A stretch of 64,000 nucleotides of DNA from Octopus vulgaris (taxonomy: Eukaryota). The stretch spans positions 48,360,001-48,424,000 of the forward strand of contig OX597815.1 in the NCBI GenBank assembly GCA_951406725.2, given 5' to 3'. Below, piece by piece: positions 42,809 to 56,629 of this stretch (its first letter is position 1; the number at the start of each line of letters is the position of its first letter). The position numbers and the translations under genes were made by a program. The notes under the pieces were generated by a model. That model was not told the origin of the DNA, did not search any database, and saw only the letters and a list, made by a program, of their open reading frames with translations.

Positions 42809-43554
42809 TATTAATAACAAGCACCAAGTATGGATTCAGGACATCTGTATACTGCAAGCTGACCTTCACTGGTCGATCCCACAACAGTGTAAAGAGAGGG
42901 ATTTCTCAGTGCCTAAAACACCGAGCTATGAATATAAGTAGTGATCGTGATACCTACCACGAAGAAATGATCAAGCTTAGTAACAATCTATTAAGCAACA
43001 ACTACTCCAAAAGCATACTCTGCACTCCAATTATGAAGAAAAGAGAAGATAAAACCAATAAGCTGTCCACAGTCTGTCTACCCTATGTGAAAGGCCTCTC
43101 CGAAAAGATACAAAAGATGTGCAGTCCATATGACATCAGGACAGTATTCAAAAGTAATACAACACTTCGCAAATATTTCCTTCGTGTAAAACCACCAATA
43201 GAAGAGAATATGTTAAAGAACTGTGTGTACTCCATCCCATGCAGCTGTGGAAGGTTATACAAAGGTGAAACATGATGTCCCCTCAAAATAAGGGTAGAGG
43301 AACATTGCAAAGCTGTGACATGGGGAGATATTGATAAATTGGGTATAGCTGATCATGTATAGAAAAATGGAGACCACCTTCCCCTGTGGGATGAAGTTAA
43401 AATACTAGACAGAGAACACCACTGGAAAATACGAGAACTAAAAGAAGCAGCACATATGCTAGGACACAACAACATTCTAAGCAGACCGAGTGCAGATATG
43501 AGCAGCATATGGGAACCGGTATTAAGGAAGGATAGGAGAATATTAGATTTATAA
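42808..43554 (+). pseudogene. Penelope-like element ORF, 3' part (RT thumb + GIY-YIG endonuclease)
   Basis: LPYVKGLSEKI..NCVYSIPCSCGRLYKGET*CPLKIRVEEH..GIADHV..R.LKEA; two in-frame stops; ends TAA 43554. Confidence 0.9.
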
Positions 43555-43583
43555 GCCCTAAAATTCACTCTATAATTGCCCAT

Positions 43584-44292
43584 GGGTATATGGCATAGTG
43601 GTTAAGAGTGCAGGTTACTAACCCCAAGATTCCGAGTTCCAGGCAGTGACCTGAATAATAATAATAATAATAATAAATGCCCTGATGCAGTACCAGGCAG
43701 TGGCTCTCATAGCTTCTGATCTTAACTGATTAGAAGTAATATCATGTACATTGTTTTGTCTTGGTATAAAAGATGGGCTACAGCAAATATTCTGCTCAAT
43801 GCCACAGATTTGCTTGTCAGTTGTTTGACCTTAACCAGTTGAGCATGTCCCTTAGTGGCTGACGATATGTGCATCTCTGATCACGAGCAGAAGTAGTGGG
43901 GAGCAACATAGGGATTCTTTGGGGTTTGAATAATTCACCCCTGGAAACATGGGTGTTTCGTTCAATGTCCTTAAACAACCCTTATTCAGGGACCTTTTGA
44001 GCGGGATGGGTTACTTAACCAGAAGAAAATTCTAACTGGGCCCCACCTGCAAGGTCATGTGCTGTTTATCTTGATATGAGATCACCATGTTGCATACATA
44101 TGGTTGTGATGCATATGCCTGGTGTACCCTTATCAGCTGGGTAGTCATGATGGGTATACTGGGATTTGTATATTTTACCCCAGTGTCACTTTGATGGCAT
44201 GCACTGCTCTCTCACTCAATAATAATAATAATAATAATAATGATGATAATAATAATAATAATAATATAATAATAATAATAATAATAATAATC

Positions 44293-44323
<31 letters not shown>

Positions 44324-44347
44324 CAACATTGAAAAAATACCTTAGGC
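43584..44347 (+). mobile_element. 3' pseudo-LTR of that Penelope-like element (tRNA-like head, (AAT)n, ..AAAAATACCTTAGG), split by an insertion
   Basis: Collinear with 44871-45230; interrupted by 43675-44219 and truncated at ~44347. Confidence 0.8.
43675..44219 (+). mobile_element. ~540-bp non-coding (TAA)n-inserted retroposon
   Basis: AAATGCCCTGATGCAGTACCAGG...CTGCTCTCTCACTC(AAT)n; same family as 21196-21738. Confidence 0.85.
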
Positions 44348-44579
44348 AAGTGAAAGATAAGAGATGTTATAGTATGACTGAAAGCTCGGGGGAGGGTCAA
44401 TGTAATCAACTTATTCCTTCCCCCAAAAATTGCTGGCCTTGTGCCAAAAACTTGAAATCATTATTATTTACTATTATTAACTATCATGTTTCCAACAGTT
44501 TTATGTCTGTTTCTACAGCACTAACTGATGCATCTCTGAGTTCTTGATGTGTAGAGCATTGTCTCTTGAGGTTTGAACA

Positions 44580-45390
<811 letters not shown>

Positions 45391-45529
45391 TGTGTTTATA
45401 TCCTACGTATTTTCTCTGTTGTGAGATTATTTTTGTTTATAGCATTATTTTAGTGTTCCATCAGTTGTATAGTATATGAAAAAAGTGAGTTGCATTATTT
45501 TGTTGAATGTTGCTTGTGTTATTTTTTCT

Positions 45530-45900
45530 TTTATTTATTTCATTCAATGGACTGTGGCCATACTGGTGCACCACCTCAAAGGGTTTAGTCAAACAAATTG
45601 ATCCCATAGCTTATCTTTAAGTCTGGTGCTTATTCAATCAATCTCTTTTGTTGAACCACTAAGTCACAGAGGTGTAAACAAACCGATACAGATCATCAAG
45701 TAGTGGTGGGATATAAAGACAAAAACAAAAGAGCACCTACCCATATATGACAAGCTTCTGCACAGTTTCCATCTACTAAATTCACTCATGAGGCATTGGT
45801 TGACTTGGGACAATTGTAGAAGACACTTGTCCATAGGTGCTGTGTTGTAGGACTGAACCGAAAACCACATTCTTAAAGCAACCTTCTTAACCACATTCAT
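45530..45900 (-). mobile_element. SINE family A, old
   Basis: Decayed reverse-complement motifs. Confidence 0.7.
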
Positions 45901-46479
45901 GCTGTAGATTTGGTGTTAATGATCACTATCATTCTCTTTGTTCATAATGGTTTAAAGAATACAGCAAAATGTTTCCTTCATAGAACAAGAATATGGTAAA
46001 TTTTGGAGAACATACAGTGGCAAAGGATGACATTAACAAATATGATGAACTGCATCAGGGGCTCTGCCTCATGATTTTTCTACAGGGTTTGCTTCTGAAG
46101 CCTTCCTCTTAGCTGGGTATGGCTATAAGGCAGCAGAGCTTTGGAATGAAGGTTTCCCTTTCCCTAGATGGATTGTTCCCTAGACTAACAAGCTCCATCT
46201 GCCTGACTGACTTGCTAATAAACCCTTACTGGGACCCTGAAAGGTGCTACTGCTCTGGGTCAAACAAATTGAGGCTAAGAAGTGGTTCCACACTCTTCAA
46301 ACCCCTAGAACTCCCAAGCTATGGTCTTATGACTCGGTGCATTTTAAAGCCTTATCCAAGGCATCAAGTTAAGAACCATTGATCTTGTAAGATGGTAGAG
46401 TGTGATTCTAGGAAAATCTGATATAGCAAGCAGCAGAGTTGCCACCAGTGACAGAAACCATTAAGAGAATAAAAGAATA

Positions 46480-47060
46480 ATCAACATTATGATAGTTATT
46501 ATCATAATGATTATTGTTATCTTTATCACCATATTTATTTGACATCATGATCAATATAATCAGCCTTTATATTACCATTGAGTCAAGATGTAAAGAATAT
46601 TGGTTAAAACAAATCTTTGGTCACATGAAAGATAATATATGAGCAACAATGGAAAATAGAATAAATAAATAAAAACATAGTAACAAAACAATTGAACTAC
46701 AATGATATTTAGGAGATTTGTAACAGCAACCACAACAATAACAGAGGCAATAATCTCTGTCACTGGAGAGAAAGAATCATCACCATCAACATCACCATCA
46801 CCATCACCATTGCCATCTTCATCATCCTTGTCCTCCTCATCATCATTTGTCATTGTTGTTGTCACTACTGCCAATGCTGCCTGCACTGCTGCCGCCACAA
46901 CTGCCACCACCACCACCACCACCACCACCACCAGGATCATTATTATAATTGCAATTGTTGTCATCGTTGTTGTCATCATTCTCATTAGCATCATCCTCAT
47001 CCTTATCATCATCAGCAGTAAAGATTACTGCAACAATGACAAAGAAAATCATGACACTAA
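46480..47060. repeat. Degenerate (CAT/CAC)n low-complexity block
   Basis: Direct reading. Confidence 0.8.
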
Positions 47061-47120
47061 CAATGGCAAACAGTTTTCTGTTGACCATATACATATGTAT
47101 ATATATACATATAAATATAA

Positions 47121-47182
<62 letters not shown>

Positions 47183-47294
47183 ATGAGGGAGATAAATTGA
47201 ATATTAATTTAATTAATATCAATTTAAAACCAGTAGCCTACCATACAAAAATTTGAAGAATCAGAGAAAATTCTAATACATGTGTACACATGTA

Positions 47295-47404
<110 letters not shown>

Positions 47405-47467
47405 ACACACATATACATATATAATATGTATATACAGACACACACACACACACACACACAGAATATA

Positions 47468-50400
47468 TCATCATCGTCAACGTCATCATTTAACGTCCAT
47501 TGTCCATGCTGGAATGGGTTTGATAATTTGACCAGGACTGGCAAACTGGAAGGCTGCATTAGACTCCGGTGTGACTTGGCATGGTTTCTATGCCTGGGTG
47601 CCCTTCCTAATGACAACTACTCTGAGTATGAAATGAGTGCTTATATGTTCCACTGGCATGAGTGCCATTTTCATGACACCAGTATCTGCCATGGCTGTGA
47701 TTTTACTAGGCTTGATGGGTCTTCTTCTCAAGCATGACATAATGCCTAAGGTCTCGGTCATTGCCTCTGTGAGACCCATCACTCAAAAGAAGCCTTTCAC
47801 ATGCCACCAGCATCAACCACTTTGCCTCTGTGAGGCACAACACTTGAAAGGTGCGCTTTACATGCCAGTTACATGATAACAGCATTGGCCATAACTATGA
47901 TCTCACTTGGCTTGAGCACAGGATATTAGTCACTGGTCATTGCCTCTGTGAAGCTCAAAGCTTGAAGATCATGCTTTACCACCTCGCTCCATGTCTTCCT
48001 GGGTCTACCTCTACCACAGGTTCCCCCCGCAGTTAGAGATTGGTACTCCTTTATGCAGCTGTCCTTGTTCATATGTCTCTCTTGCACACCACATCTGATG
48101 CCTCTTATGCTCAGCTTTTCTCTCAAGATGCTAACACTCTGTTGAACATGTACACTGACATTGCACATCAAGCGAAGCATACTGGCTTCATTTCTTTCAA
48201 GTCTACACATGTCCTCAGCTGTCACAGCATGTTTCACTGCTATGTAGCATAGCTGTTCACACACAGGCATCATACAATCTGCGTTTCACTCTGAGAGAAG
48301 ACCTTTGTTGCCAGCAGAGGTAGGAGTTCTCTGAATTTTGCCCAACGTAATCTTATTCTTACAGCTACACTCTCGGAACATCCACTCCCAATACTAACTT
48401 GGTCACCAAGCTATCTACTACCTCCAGATTACTCCCCGGACAGTTGGTGGAGTCTATTTCCTGTACATTTTCGGTGTTTATTGTACCTGAGCATTTTCCA
48501 CACACAAAAGCTATTTTCCCTGTTAACCTTCCTCTTATATTGCTGCACCTCTTATGTATCCATAATTTACACCAGGTACATCTTATAGAGTTTCTACCCA
48601 CGTCTTTTCTGAAGATTGAGCAGAACCATCTACCTAAAAGGAGTTGTGATTTGTCTGCCTTGCTACTCACTAAGTCTTTGGCTTTTGCTTGGTTAACTCT
48701 AAGGCCCTTCGATTCTAGACCTTGTTTCAATACCTGAAACTTCTTTTCTAGTTCTGGTAGTGATTCAGTTATAAGAACAAGTTCATCAGTATAGAGGAAC
48801 TCCCATGGGCCACCTGTCTTAAATTCCTCTGTCATTGCCTGGAGGACTATGATGAACAAGAAAGGGCTGAAGACTGATCCTTGGTGAACTCCTACTTGTA
48901 CCCTGAATTCTTTGCTGTACTCATTGGCAGCCCTCACCTTACTGGTAGCGTCCCTGTACATGGCTTATACAGCTCTCATCAACCACTTGTCTATTCCTAG
49001 TTTTTGCATTGACCACCAGGGTTTGGGGACCCTATCAAAGGCTTTCTCCAAGTCAACAAAAGCCAAGTACAGAAATTTACCTTTGACTATGCATTTCTCC
49101 TGCAGCTGCCTTACCAGAAATATAGCATCAGTGGTACTTCTCCCTAGCACAAAACCAAACTGCATCTCATCTAGACTAACTCTTTTCCTAATTAGTTGGG
49201 CTATGACTCTCTCCGTAACTTTCATCAACTGATCCAACAAGTTGATACCTCTGTAATTATTTCTGTCTAAGGCATCACCTTTACCTTTATAGAAGTTGAC
49301 TATGGTGCTGCTACACCAGTCATTGGGTATGACTCCTTTGTGAACCATCTGATATACAATACAGGTAAGTAGACCATAACCTACACTGCCAGATATTTTA
49401 AGCATCTCATGGGCCATAGGCTTTCTCTGTCTTCATATCCTTAGTTGCTTTATCTACCAAGGTAAATGTCAATTCAGAAAACTGGTCTCTCAATTGGGTC
49501 AACATTTGGCAGACTCTCCTCCTCCCATTCAATTTCCACGTTCAGTAGTCTTTCATAATGGCATTTCTAAGCCTCTTTCTTTGCATAATCATTAAATGCA
49601 AGTGCACCATCACCATGCAGACACATTTCTCTCCTATGATATCACAATTTTCTCTCACACACTTCAAGCATTTGGTACTCACGTTGCTGAACATAGGCAA
49701 ACATTTTCTTTTCTGCTTCACCCTTGGCTAGAAGTATCTGTCTCCTAGCTTCCCTTCTGGCTATGAGATGCAGTTCCCTGCTACCCTCACTCTTCCAGGC
49801 CTTCCAGACCTGTTTCTTGTGCTAATGGCTCTGTTTACAGTATCATGCCACCACCACGTCCCCCCAGGTCTGGATGGGACTTTGGACCAGCTGCCTGTGG
49901 CACTCTGGCCTGTGGCACTCTGGCCTGTGGCACTCTGGCCTGTGGCACTCTGGCCTGTGGCACTCTGGCCTGTGGCACTCTGGCCTGTGGCACTCTGGCC
50001 TGTGGCACTCTGGCCTGTGGCACTCAGAAAGCTGTTCTGAAAGAATTTCCAGTTGCCATGTCACAAGTCTGTAGCTCCTCCTCCTCTTGTCAAATTTCTC
50101 AATTAGGATGTCCCTAAATCTCTTATCATATGAAGGATACTTAAGCTTCCAAATCCTTCTTTTCTACATTGGTCTACTTATTAGCACCCTTCTGGCCTGG
50201 AGTCTAAAGTCACTAATGAGTAGTCTATGCTGGGGATAAATTCTTCAACAGGGCGGGTCTTTGTATTTAGGAGCAACCATGCATCCCACTGTCTGGTGAG
50301 AATGTATCTGGCTAGCACAGTCCCCTGATTGGTAGGTTATCAGGTGGCTGGTTGGCTTCCTGAAGTTGGCGTTGCAGATTAATAGGTTATTTGCATCACA

Positions 50401-50556
50401 GAACTCTAGTAGCATTGTTCCCTCTTCATTTCGGAAACCAATTCCATGGTCCTCATGGACACCATGGAAGATACTGGGCTGCCATCTGACATGCCCATTG
50501 AGATCCCCAGCCATGAAGATGAGATCATTGTCACTCATCTTTGAGGTAGCCTGCAG
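47468..50556 (-). mobile_element. RTE-clade LINE, 5'-truncated and disrupted (APE endonuclease + RT + 3' UTR + (GAT)n)
   Basis: GDLNGHV..NEEG..LLEFC (APE); YKGKGD..NYRGI..QFGF..STTDAIF..FVDLEKAFDRVP, GVHQGS..SP, YTDE (decayed YADD); stops and frameshifts. Confidence 0.95.
49893..50025. repeat. Perfect 15-bp minisatellite (GCCTGTGGCACTCTG) x ~9
   Basis: Direct reading. Confidence 0.95.
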
Positions 50557-50656
50557 AAGTATATATATGTAGGTATGTTTGTATATATGCATATGTTTAT
50601 ATATTATTTTGTTAGATATATATAGATATAGATAGATAGATAGAGAGAGATAGAAT

Positions 50657-50704
<48 letters not shown>

Positions 50705-51199
50705 AAAGGAAGTAGCAGTGAGTATAATTTTAGAGAAAACTAGAGAGAAAAGGGGAAGAGAAAGTTAGAGAATGAGAGAGAGAGAAGAGAGGAGGAAAAA
50801 GAAGCTGAGTGAAAGACAGATCAAAATGGTTATGATGAACTCCTATCAGCTAATCATTATATTTGATATGTGCCAATGTATATCACTTAATATCTGAACA
50901 GAAAAGAAAAAAAATTAAATGACAGAGCTCTTGTTACAAATTATGTATCATGCTTTTGTGGCTTTCGGAGTATTTAATGTTTTCTAATAGTGCCTGTATT
51001 ATTATATAGACAGTCTAGAGTGAGTGTTTTTAGTGGTTTATCAAACAAGCAAATGATATATTTTCATTAGAGAGAAAAAGAGAGAGACAGACAGACAGAC
51101 AGAGATGAGAGGAGGGAGAGAAATGGGAAAGTGAGAGTGAAATGAAGACAGACAAAGAGAGTAAGTCATGACCAAAATTAGGCAAGAGAAAAAGGCTGA

Positions 51200-51200
51200 A

Positions 51201-51243
<43 letters not shown>

Positions 51244-51731
51244 CATACATACATATATATACATATATATACATATATATATATATGTATATGTATATAT
51301 GTAAGATAAATATATATATATATATATATACACATGGACTCATACATATACATATTTGTGAGTATGTATATATATATATATCTATATGTATGTATGTACA
51401 TATATATATATGTGTGTTAGTGTGGGTGGGTGTATATATATATATGTGTGTGTGTGTGCAATGACAAACAAACACACAAATACTCACATATATGCATACA
51501 TTTAGAGGTATGGAGAAAGATAGAGAGAGAGAGAGAGAGGCAGACAGAGAGAATCAAAAATGGATCTGACAAGGCAGAAATTAAATTATTCTATCGGAAA
51601 GGAACATCTGCAGTCGAACAAATGTTCCGATAGTGTCTGCTGGTGCACTTTGGAGATAGGGACCATTAATGAGACATAAATATGTATACATGTGTTTGTG
51701 TTTGTAATACACACACATATACATATATGTA

Positions 51732-51771
<40 letters not shown>

Positions 51772-52250
51772 CATATACATATATAAACATATACATATAT
51801 ACATATATGCATACACACACACACACATATATATACATACATTTTATATACACACACATACATATACAAATATTCATATACACATTTATATATATATAAT
51901 TATACATGCATATAGATCATATATATAAATATATATACACACACACACACATATATATATACATACATATATACATATACAAATATACATACATACATAC
52001 ATACACACATACATAGATACATACATACATACATATATATATACTCACATGCACACACACTCATACATACCTATATTTACATGTATACAGACACACACAC
52101 AAACATGCATACACAAATATATATACATATGTACAATTAAATTCATGCACACAGACATGGACACACACACTCTGTATAAAAATACATTGGATTTCTATGC
52201 ACATACTTACAAACACACAAACACCCATATACATACACACGTATATACAT
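51200..52250. repeat. (TA)/(CA)/(TACA) microsatellite field
   Basis: Direct reading. Confidence 0.9.
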
Positions 52251-52754
52251 GTCATCATCGTCATCATTTAATGTTCAATTTCTTTTTCACATGAGTTGTA
52301 AGGGTCATCATAGCTTGAATCAGATGTCATTCAAAGTTACTGGCTTCATACATTGGTCAGCTGATCGTCTCTTGATCGTTCCAATTTTAAGCGTGGTGGT
52401 CAATGATTGGGTGCCCTTCGTGACATCAACTATTTTATAGGGTTTGCTAGGTATAATTTATTGTCACGTTGTCACTTGCAAGGCTGTCTTGTATTCCATA
52501 TGATTAAGGAATCTACACTACTGTATAGTGTATTTGTTTGCCGAAGTCAATATGTATGAGGGGGAGGAGGAAGAAGGGATGAAGAAGAACAAGAAAGAAG
52601 AGGAGGGGGAGAAGGGAGGATGGAACAAAGAAGAAGAAGAAGAAGAAGAAGAAGAAGAAGAAAGAAAGGTGGAAGAAGGAGGAAGAGGAGGAAGAGGGAG
52701 AAGAAAAGCTGAAAATAGCAGGTGGATGGAGTTAGGAAGAATGACAATGTAGGA

Positions 52755-52829
<75 letters not shown>

Positions 52830-52983
52830 TGTGTGTGTGTATGTGTAAAAGAGTGCATGTGTGCACACACACATACTCGCAAAATGGTGATTGCTCCACC
52901 TTCACAGACGATTGCTAACTCCTTTTCAATGGCATTTCTGACTTTCCATCCATGAACCTCCTGCATTGGATGGTTAACCACAA

Positions 52984-53017
<34 letters not shown>

Positions 53018-53019
<2 letters not shown>

Positions 53020-53545
53020 AGGTTCAGTCCCACTGAGTTTCACCTTGGGGAAGTATATTCTACTATAGCCTTGGGCTGACCAAAGCCTTGTGAGTGGATT
53101 TTGTAGATAAAAACTGAAAGAAGCCTATTGTATATATATAAATATATACGTATATGTTTGTGTATCTGTGTTTGTTCCTTCTCCATTGCTTGACAACCGA
53201 TGTTGGTGCATTTACGTCCCTGTAAATTAGTGGTTTGGCAAAAGAGATTGATAGAATAAGTACTAGGCTTACAAAGAATAAGTCCTGAAGTTGATTCATT
53301 TGGTTAAAGGTAGTGCTCCAGTAAGGCTGCAGTCAAATGACTGAAACAAGTTAAAAAACAAAAGAATATATCATTTGACTGTGGCCATGCTGGAGCACTG
53401 CCTTAAATAGTTCTTGTCAAAGAAATCAATCCCAGGACTAGCACTTATATTATTGGTCTCTTTTGCCAAACCACTAAGTTACAGGCATCAGTTGTGAAGC
53501 AACGGTGGGTCGACAAACACAGACACACACACACACACACACACA
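53018..53545. mobile_element. Tail-to-tail SINE family A copies (53018-53365 plus, 53370-53545 minus)
   Basis: Family A motifs on opposite strands. Confidence 0.8.
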
Positions 53546-53548
53546 CAC

Positions 53549-54068
53549 AATTGTTAAAGAGGACAACAAGCATTAAGGCAAGGCAAACATCTCAAGTCGT
53601 AGGGAAAAAAAGAATGGAATATATTAATAAGATGACGACATAGAGGAATAGAGTAAAAGAATAAAGAGATGGAAAGAGGGAAGAAAAAAGAGGCATAAAC
53701 GTTCATAATTCAACATTCCAAAATTATAGAAACAAGAGCATGAGTCCTTAAGTGCAATCCTGTGTAGATCCATGAGCATAAGTCCTTAGATGCACCTATA
53801 ACATTGGAAAGTTGAACTATGAACTTTTATGCTTCTTTTTTCTCTCCATTTCCTTATTCTTTTATTCCCTTCCTCTATGTTGTCATTTTATTGATATACA
53901 CCATTCTCATTTTACATATTTTTTCCCTATTTGTCTCTGATGATGGAATATCCCATACTTGGGGATATCCCAGAAACAGCTGTAAGAATTTGAATTTTTC
54001 AAATAATAATATTGTATACAACTTGAGATGTTTGTCTTGCCTTAATGTTTGATGTCCTCTTTAATAAT
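53549..54068. repeat. Divergent inverted pair of a pLTR-like repeat (53549-53730 minus, 53795-54068 plus)
   Basis: Reverse-complement match; the left arm lacks the ~85-bp hammerhead segment. Confidence 0.75.
53934..53987 (+). ncRNA. Type I hammerhead ribozyme
   Basis: tct CTGATGA tggaatatccc-atacttg-gggatatccca GAAA CAGCTG TA aga; canonical core, 11-bp stem II (one mismatch), palindromic CAGCTG. Confidence 0.85.
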
Positions 54069-54394
54069 TATATACCCACTGCATTGGAAATTTGCAATGG
54101 TTCCATAACTACCATCTTAGCTATAACCTTGGAGCCCTAGTAATACGTTACAACACTTACCTTGCGTACTTAATCGTTTAGATCACCTGTGAACTAAACC
54201 CCCATACTTTGTACATATATATTCACACATACATACATATATATATGTGTGTGTGTGTGTGTGTATGACAGGCTTCTTTCAGTTTCTGTCTACCAAATCC
54301 ATTCACAAGACCTTGGTCAGCCTGAGGCTATAACAGAGGATACTTGTCCAAGGTGCCATGCAGTGGGACTGAACTCTGAACCATGTGGTTGGGA

Positions 54395-54862
54395 ATTGTT
54401 ATATTTCAGGATGGTCACTTTCTATTTTTGCCAAATAAAGACATGCACTATATTCTCATACTTCACCCCAGCTTTATTATCTTAGTGTCCTTTGTCTGGA
54501 AATATTTTGTCACACAACCTGTTACATCTTCAATGACAATCCCACATGTCCCCTCCTGTCATGTTTAGTCCATTCTGACAGGACACTAAATTAAGAATAA
54601 TAATAAAGCTGGGGTGAGAAACAAGTATATACTCTCTTTACTCTTTACTCTTTTACTCTTTTACTTGTTTCAGTCATTTGACTGCAGCCATACTGGAGCA
54701 CCGCCTTTAGTCGAGCAAATCGACCCCGGGACTTATTCTTTGTAAGCCCAGTACTTATTCTATCGGTCCCTTTTGCCGAACCGCTAAGTGACGGGAACGT
54801 AAACACACCAGCATCGGTTGTCAAGCAATGCTAGGGGGACAAACACAGACACACAAACAAAT

Positions 54863-54893
<31 letters not shown>

Positions 54894-55113
54894 CATATAT
54901 ACGACAGGCTTCTTTCAGTTTCCGTCTACCAAATCCACTCACAAGGCATTGGTCGGCCCGGGGCTATAGCAGAAGACACTTGCCCAAGATGCCATGCAGT
55001 GGGACTGAACCCGGAACCATGTGGTTGGTTAGCAAGCTACTTACCACACAGCCACTCCTGCATGTATTTATTTTGGTAAAGAAAAAAAAATAACCATCTT
55101 GAAATATAACAAT
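54395..55113. mobile_element. MITE with ~85-bp TIRs; right TIR split by a young SINE
   Basis: ATTGTTATATTTCAGGATGG..CACCCCAGCTTTATTAT versus ATAATAAAGCTGGGGTG [SINE] ..CCATCTTGAAATATAACAAT. Confidence 0.7.
54634..55062 (-). mobile_element. SINE family A, full-length and apparently youngest copy
   Basis: CpGs intact, tRNA-like A/B boxes, (GAGTAAA[A])n tail. Confidence 0.95.
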
Positions 55114-55354
55114 ATCTGTTTCAACACATGATTTCACATGAAGACTCTTGCAAAACAACTACATAGATACAAATATATAAACGCAAATTTGTATATATAT
55201 ATAAAGTGAGGTGTGAGAGTAGATGTTTATTCCATTTGTTTATAGCTGTTTCATAATCTTGTCAGTTATATAATAGATGACACACATATAAATATATGTA
55301 TGACTGTAAATATATATGCATAAGAGTGCTTGAAGGCAGCTAACAGACTAATCC

Positions 55355-55778
55355 TCATTGTCTGTTTCCTATTCTGACATGGGTTGGATGGTTTAATAGG
55401 AGCTGGAAAGCCAGAGGTCTGCCCCAGGTTCCAGTTGTCTGTTTTGGTGTAGTTTCTATGTTGGGATGCCCTTCCTAATGCCAACCACTTTACAGAGTAT
55501 ACTGGGTGTTTTGGGTCCACCTGACTGGCTCCCATGCCATTAGCACATAAAAAGTACCATCCGAATGTGACTAATGCCAGTAGCCTCTGACTGGCTCCTG
55601 TGCCGGTGGCATGTAAGAAGCACCCACTACACTCTTGGAGTGGTTGGCATTAGGAAGGGTAGCCAGCTGTAGAAACAATGCCTGATCAGATTGGTGCCTG
55701 GTGCAGCTGCTGGCTCTCCAGACCTCAGTCAAACCATCCAACCAATGCTAGCATGGAAACGGACGTTAAATGATGATA
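55355..55778. mobile_element. Two RTE 3' UTR fragments in opposite orientation
   Basis: GGATGCCCTTCCTAATGCCAA (minus) and TTGGCATTAGGAAGGG..GGACGTTAAATGATGAT (plus). Confidence 0.75.
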
Positions 55779-56629
55779 TATATATAGATAAATAAATAGA
55801 TAGATAGATAGATGGATGGATGGATAGATAGATAGATAGACAGACTGTAGAAGCAGACCTAGTCTTTATCAATTTGGTATTGTTTCTATTTATTTTTCTC
55901 TTACTCTTGTTATATAATTTCTTTCTCTTTGATAAAGGGTATCATCTTAAACATTAGCTCCTTCAACTCCTTCATCCATAGCACTGAGCACTGTTTTAGG
56001 AAGTTGGCTTTGGCTATAATAAGAATGAATTTTATCAAGCAGTTATGAAAGCAGAAATGGCCAATAAGCAAAAGTATATGTAAGGAATACAGTCACATGG
56101 AAAGTTGTGTATACAAATAAATCAATTAATCATGCATTATCATTACAGCTGTTTCAGATAAACAAAGACTACCACCATAACCATATAAATTATGTAACAA
56201 GATCCATTACTTTTGTAGGTGTATGGAGTAGAATGGATTTTGAGAGATTTGTGATGTGAAATCATATTATCTTTATCAAACAAATAGCTTTGCAGAGAAC
56301 AGTGTTGATTAATATATGTAGGATATATAAAGAAGAAGGATAAGAAGGGTTTGTGGGGTTTAAAGTGAAAAACATAACAGGGAATGATGGGATGGAGAGA
56401 GAAGAGTGGGGTTGCTCAAGTGGAGTTAATAATTAAAAGATGTCTGTTAATGGCACCAAGGTAAAAAAGAGATAAATTTGGCAATAAAAATAGAGTAATA
56501 GGCTAGGAAAGCTAGACCAAAGGGCGATGAGAGTCTAACAAAGAAGAAATTAAGAGTGACAGAGAAAAATGTGGATATTCAATGTAGAAACACAAGGAGA
56601 CAAATAAATGGCTGCACATGTATATATCT

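Noticed and set aside
43855-43895. CTGACGA hammerhead core in the 540-bp element
   Set aside because: Not followed by a stem II-GAAA arrangement
49893-50025. CRISPR-like array
   Set aside because: No spacers; a pure tandem repeat in eukaryotic LINE sequence
47468-50556. Active, intact RTE LINE
   Set aside because: 5'-truncated, multiple stops and frameshifts, catalytic YADD decayed to YTDE
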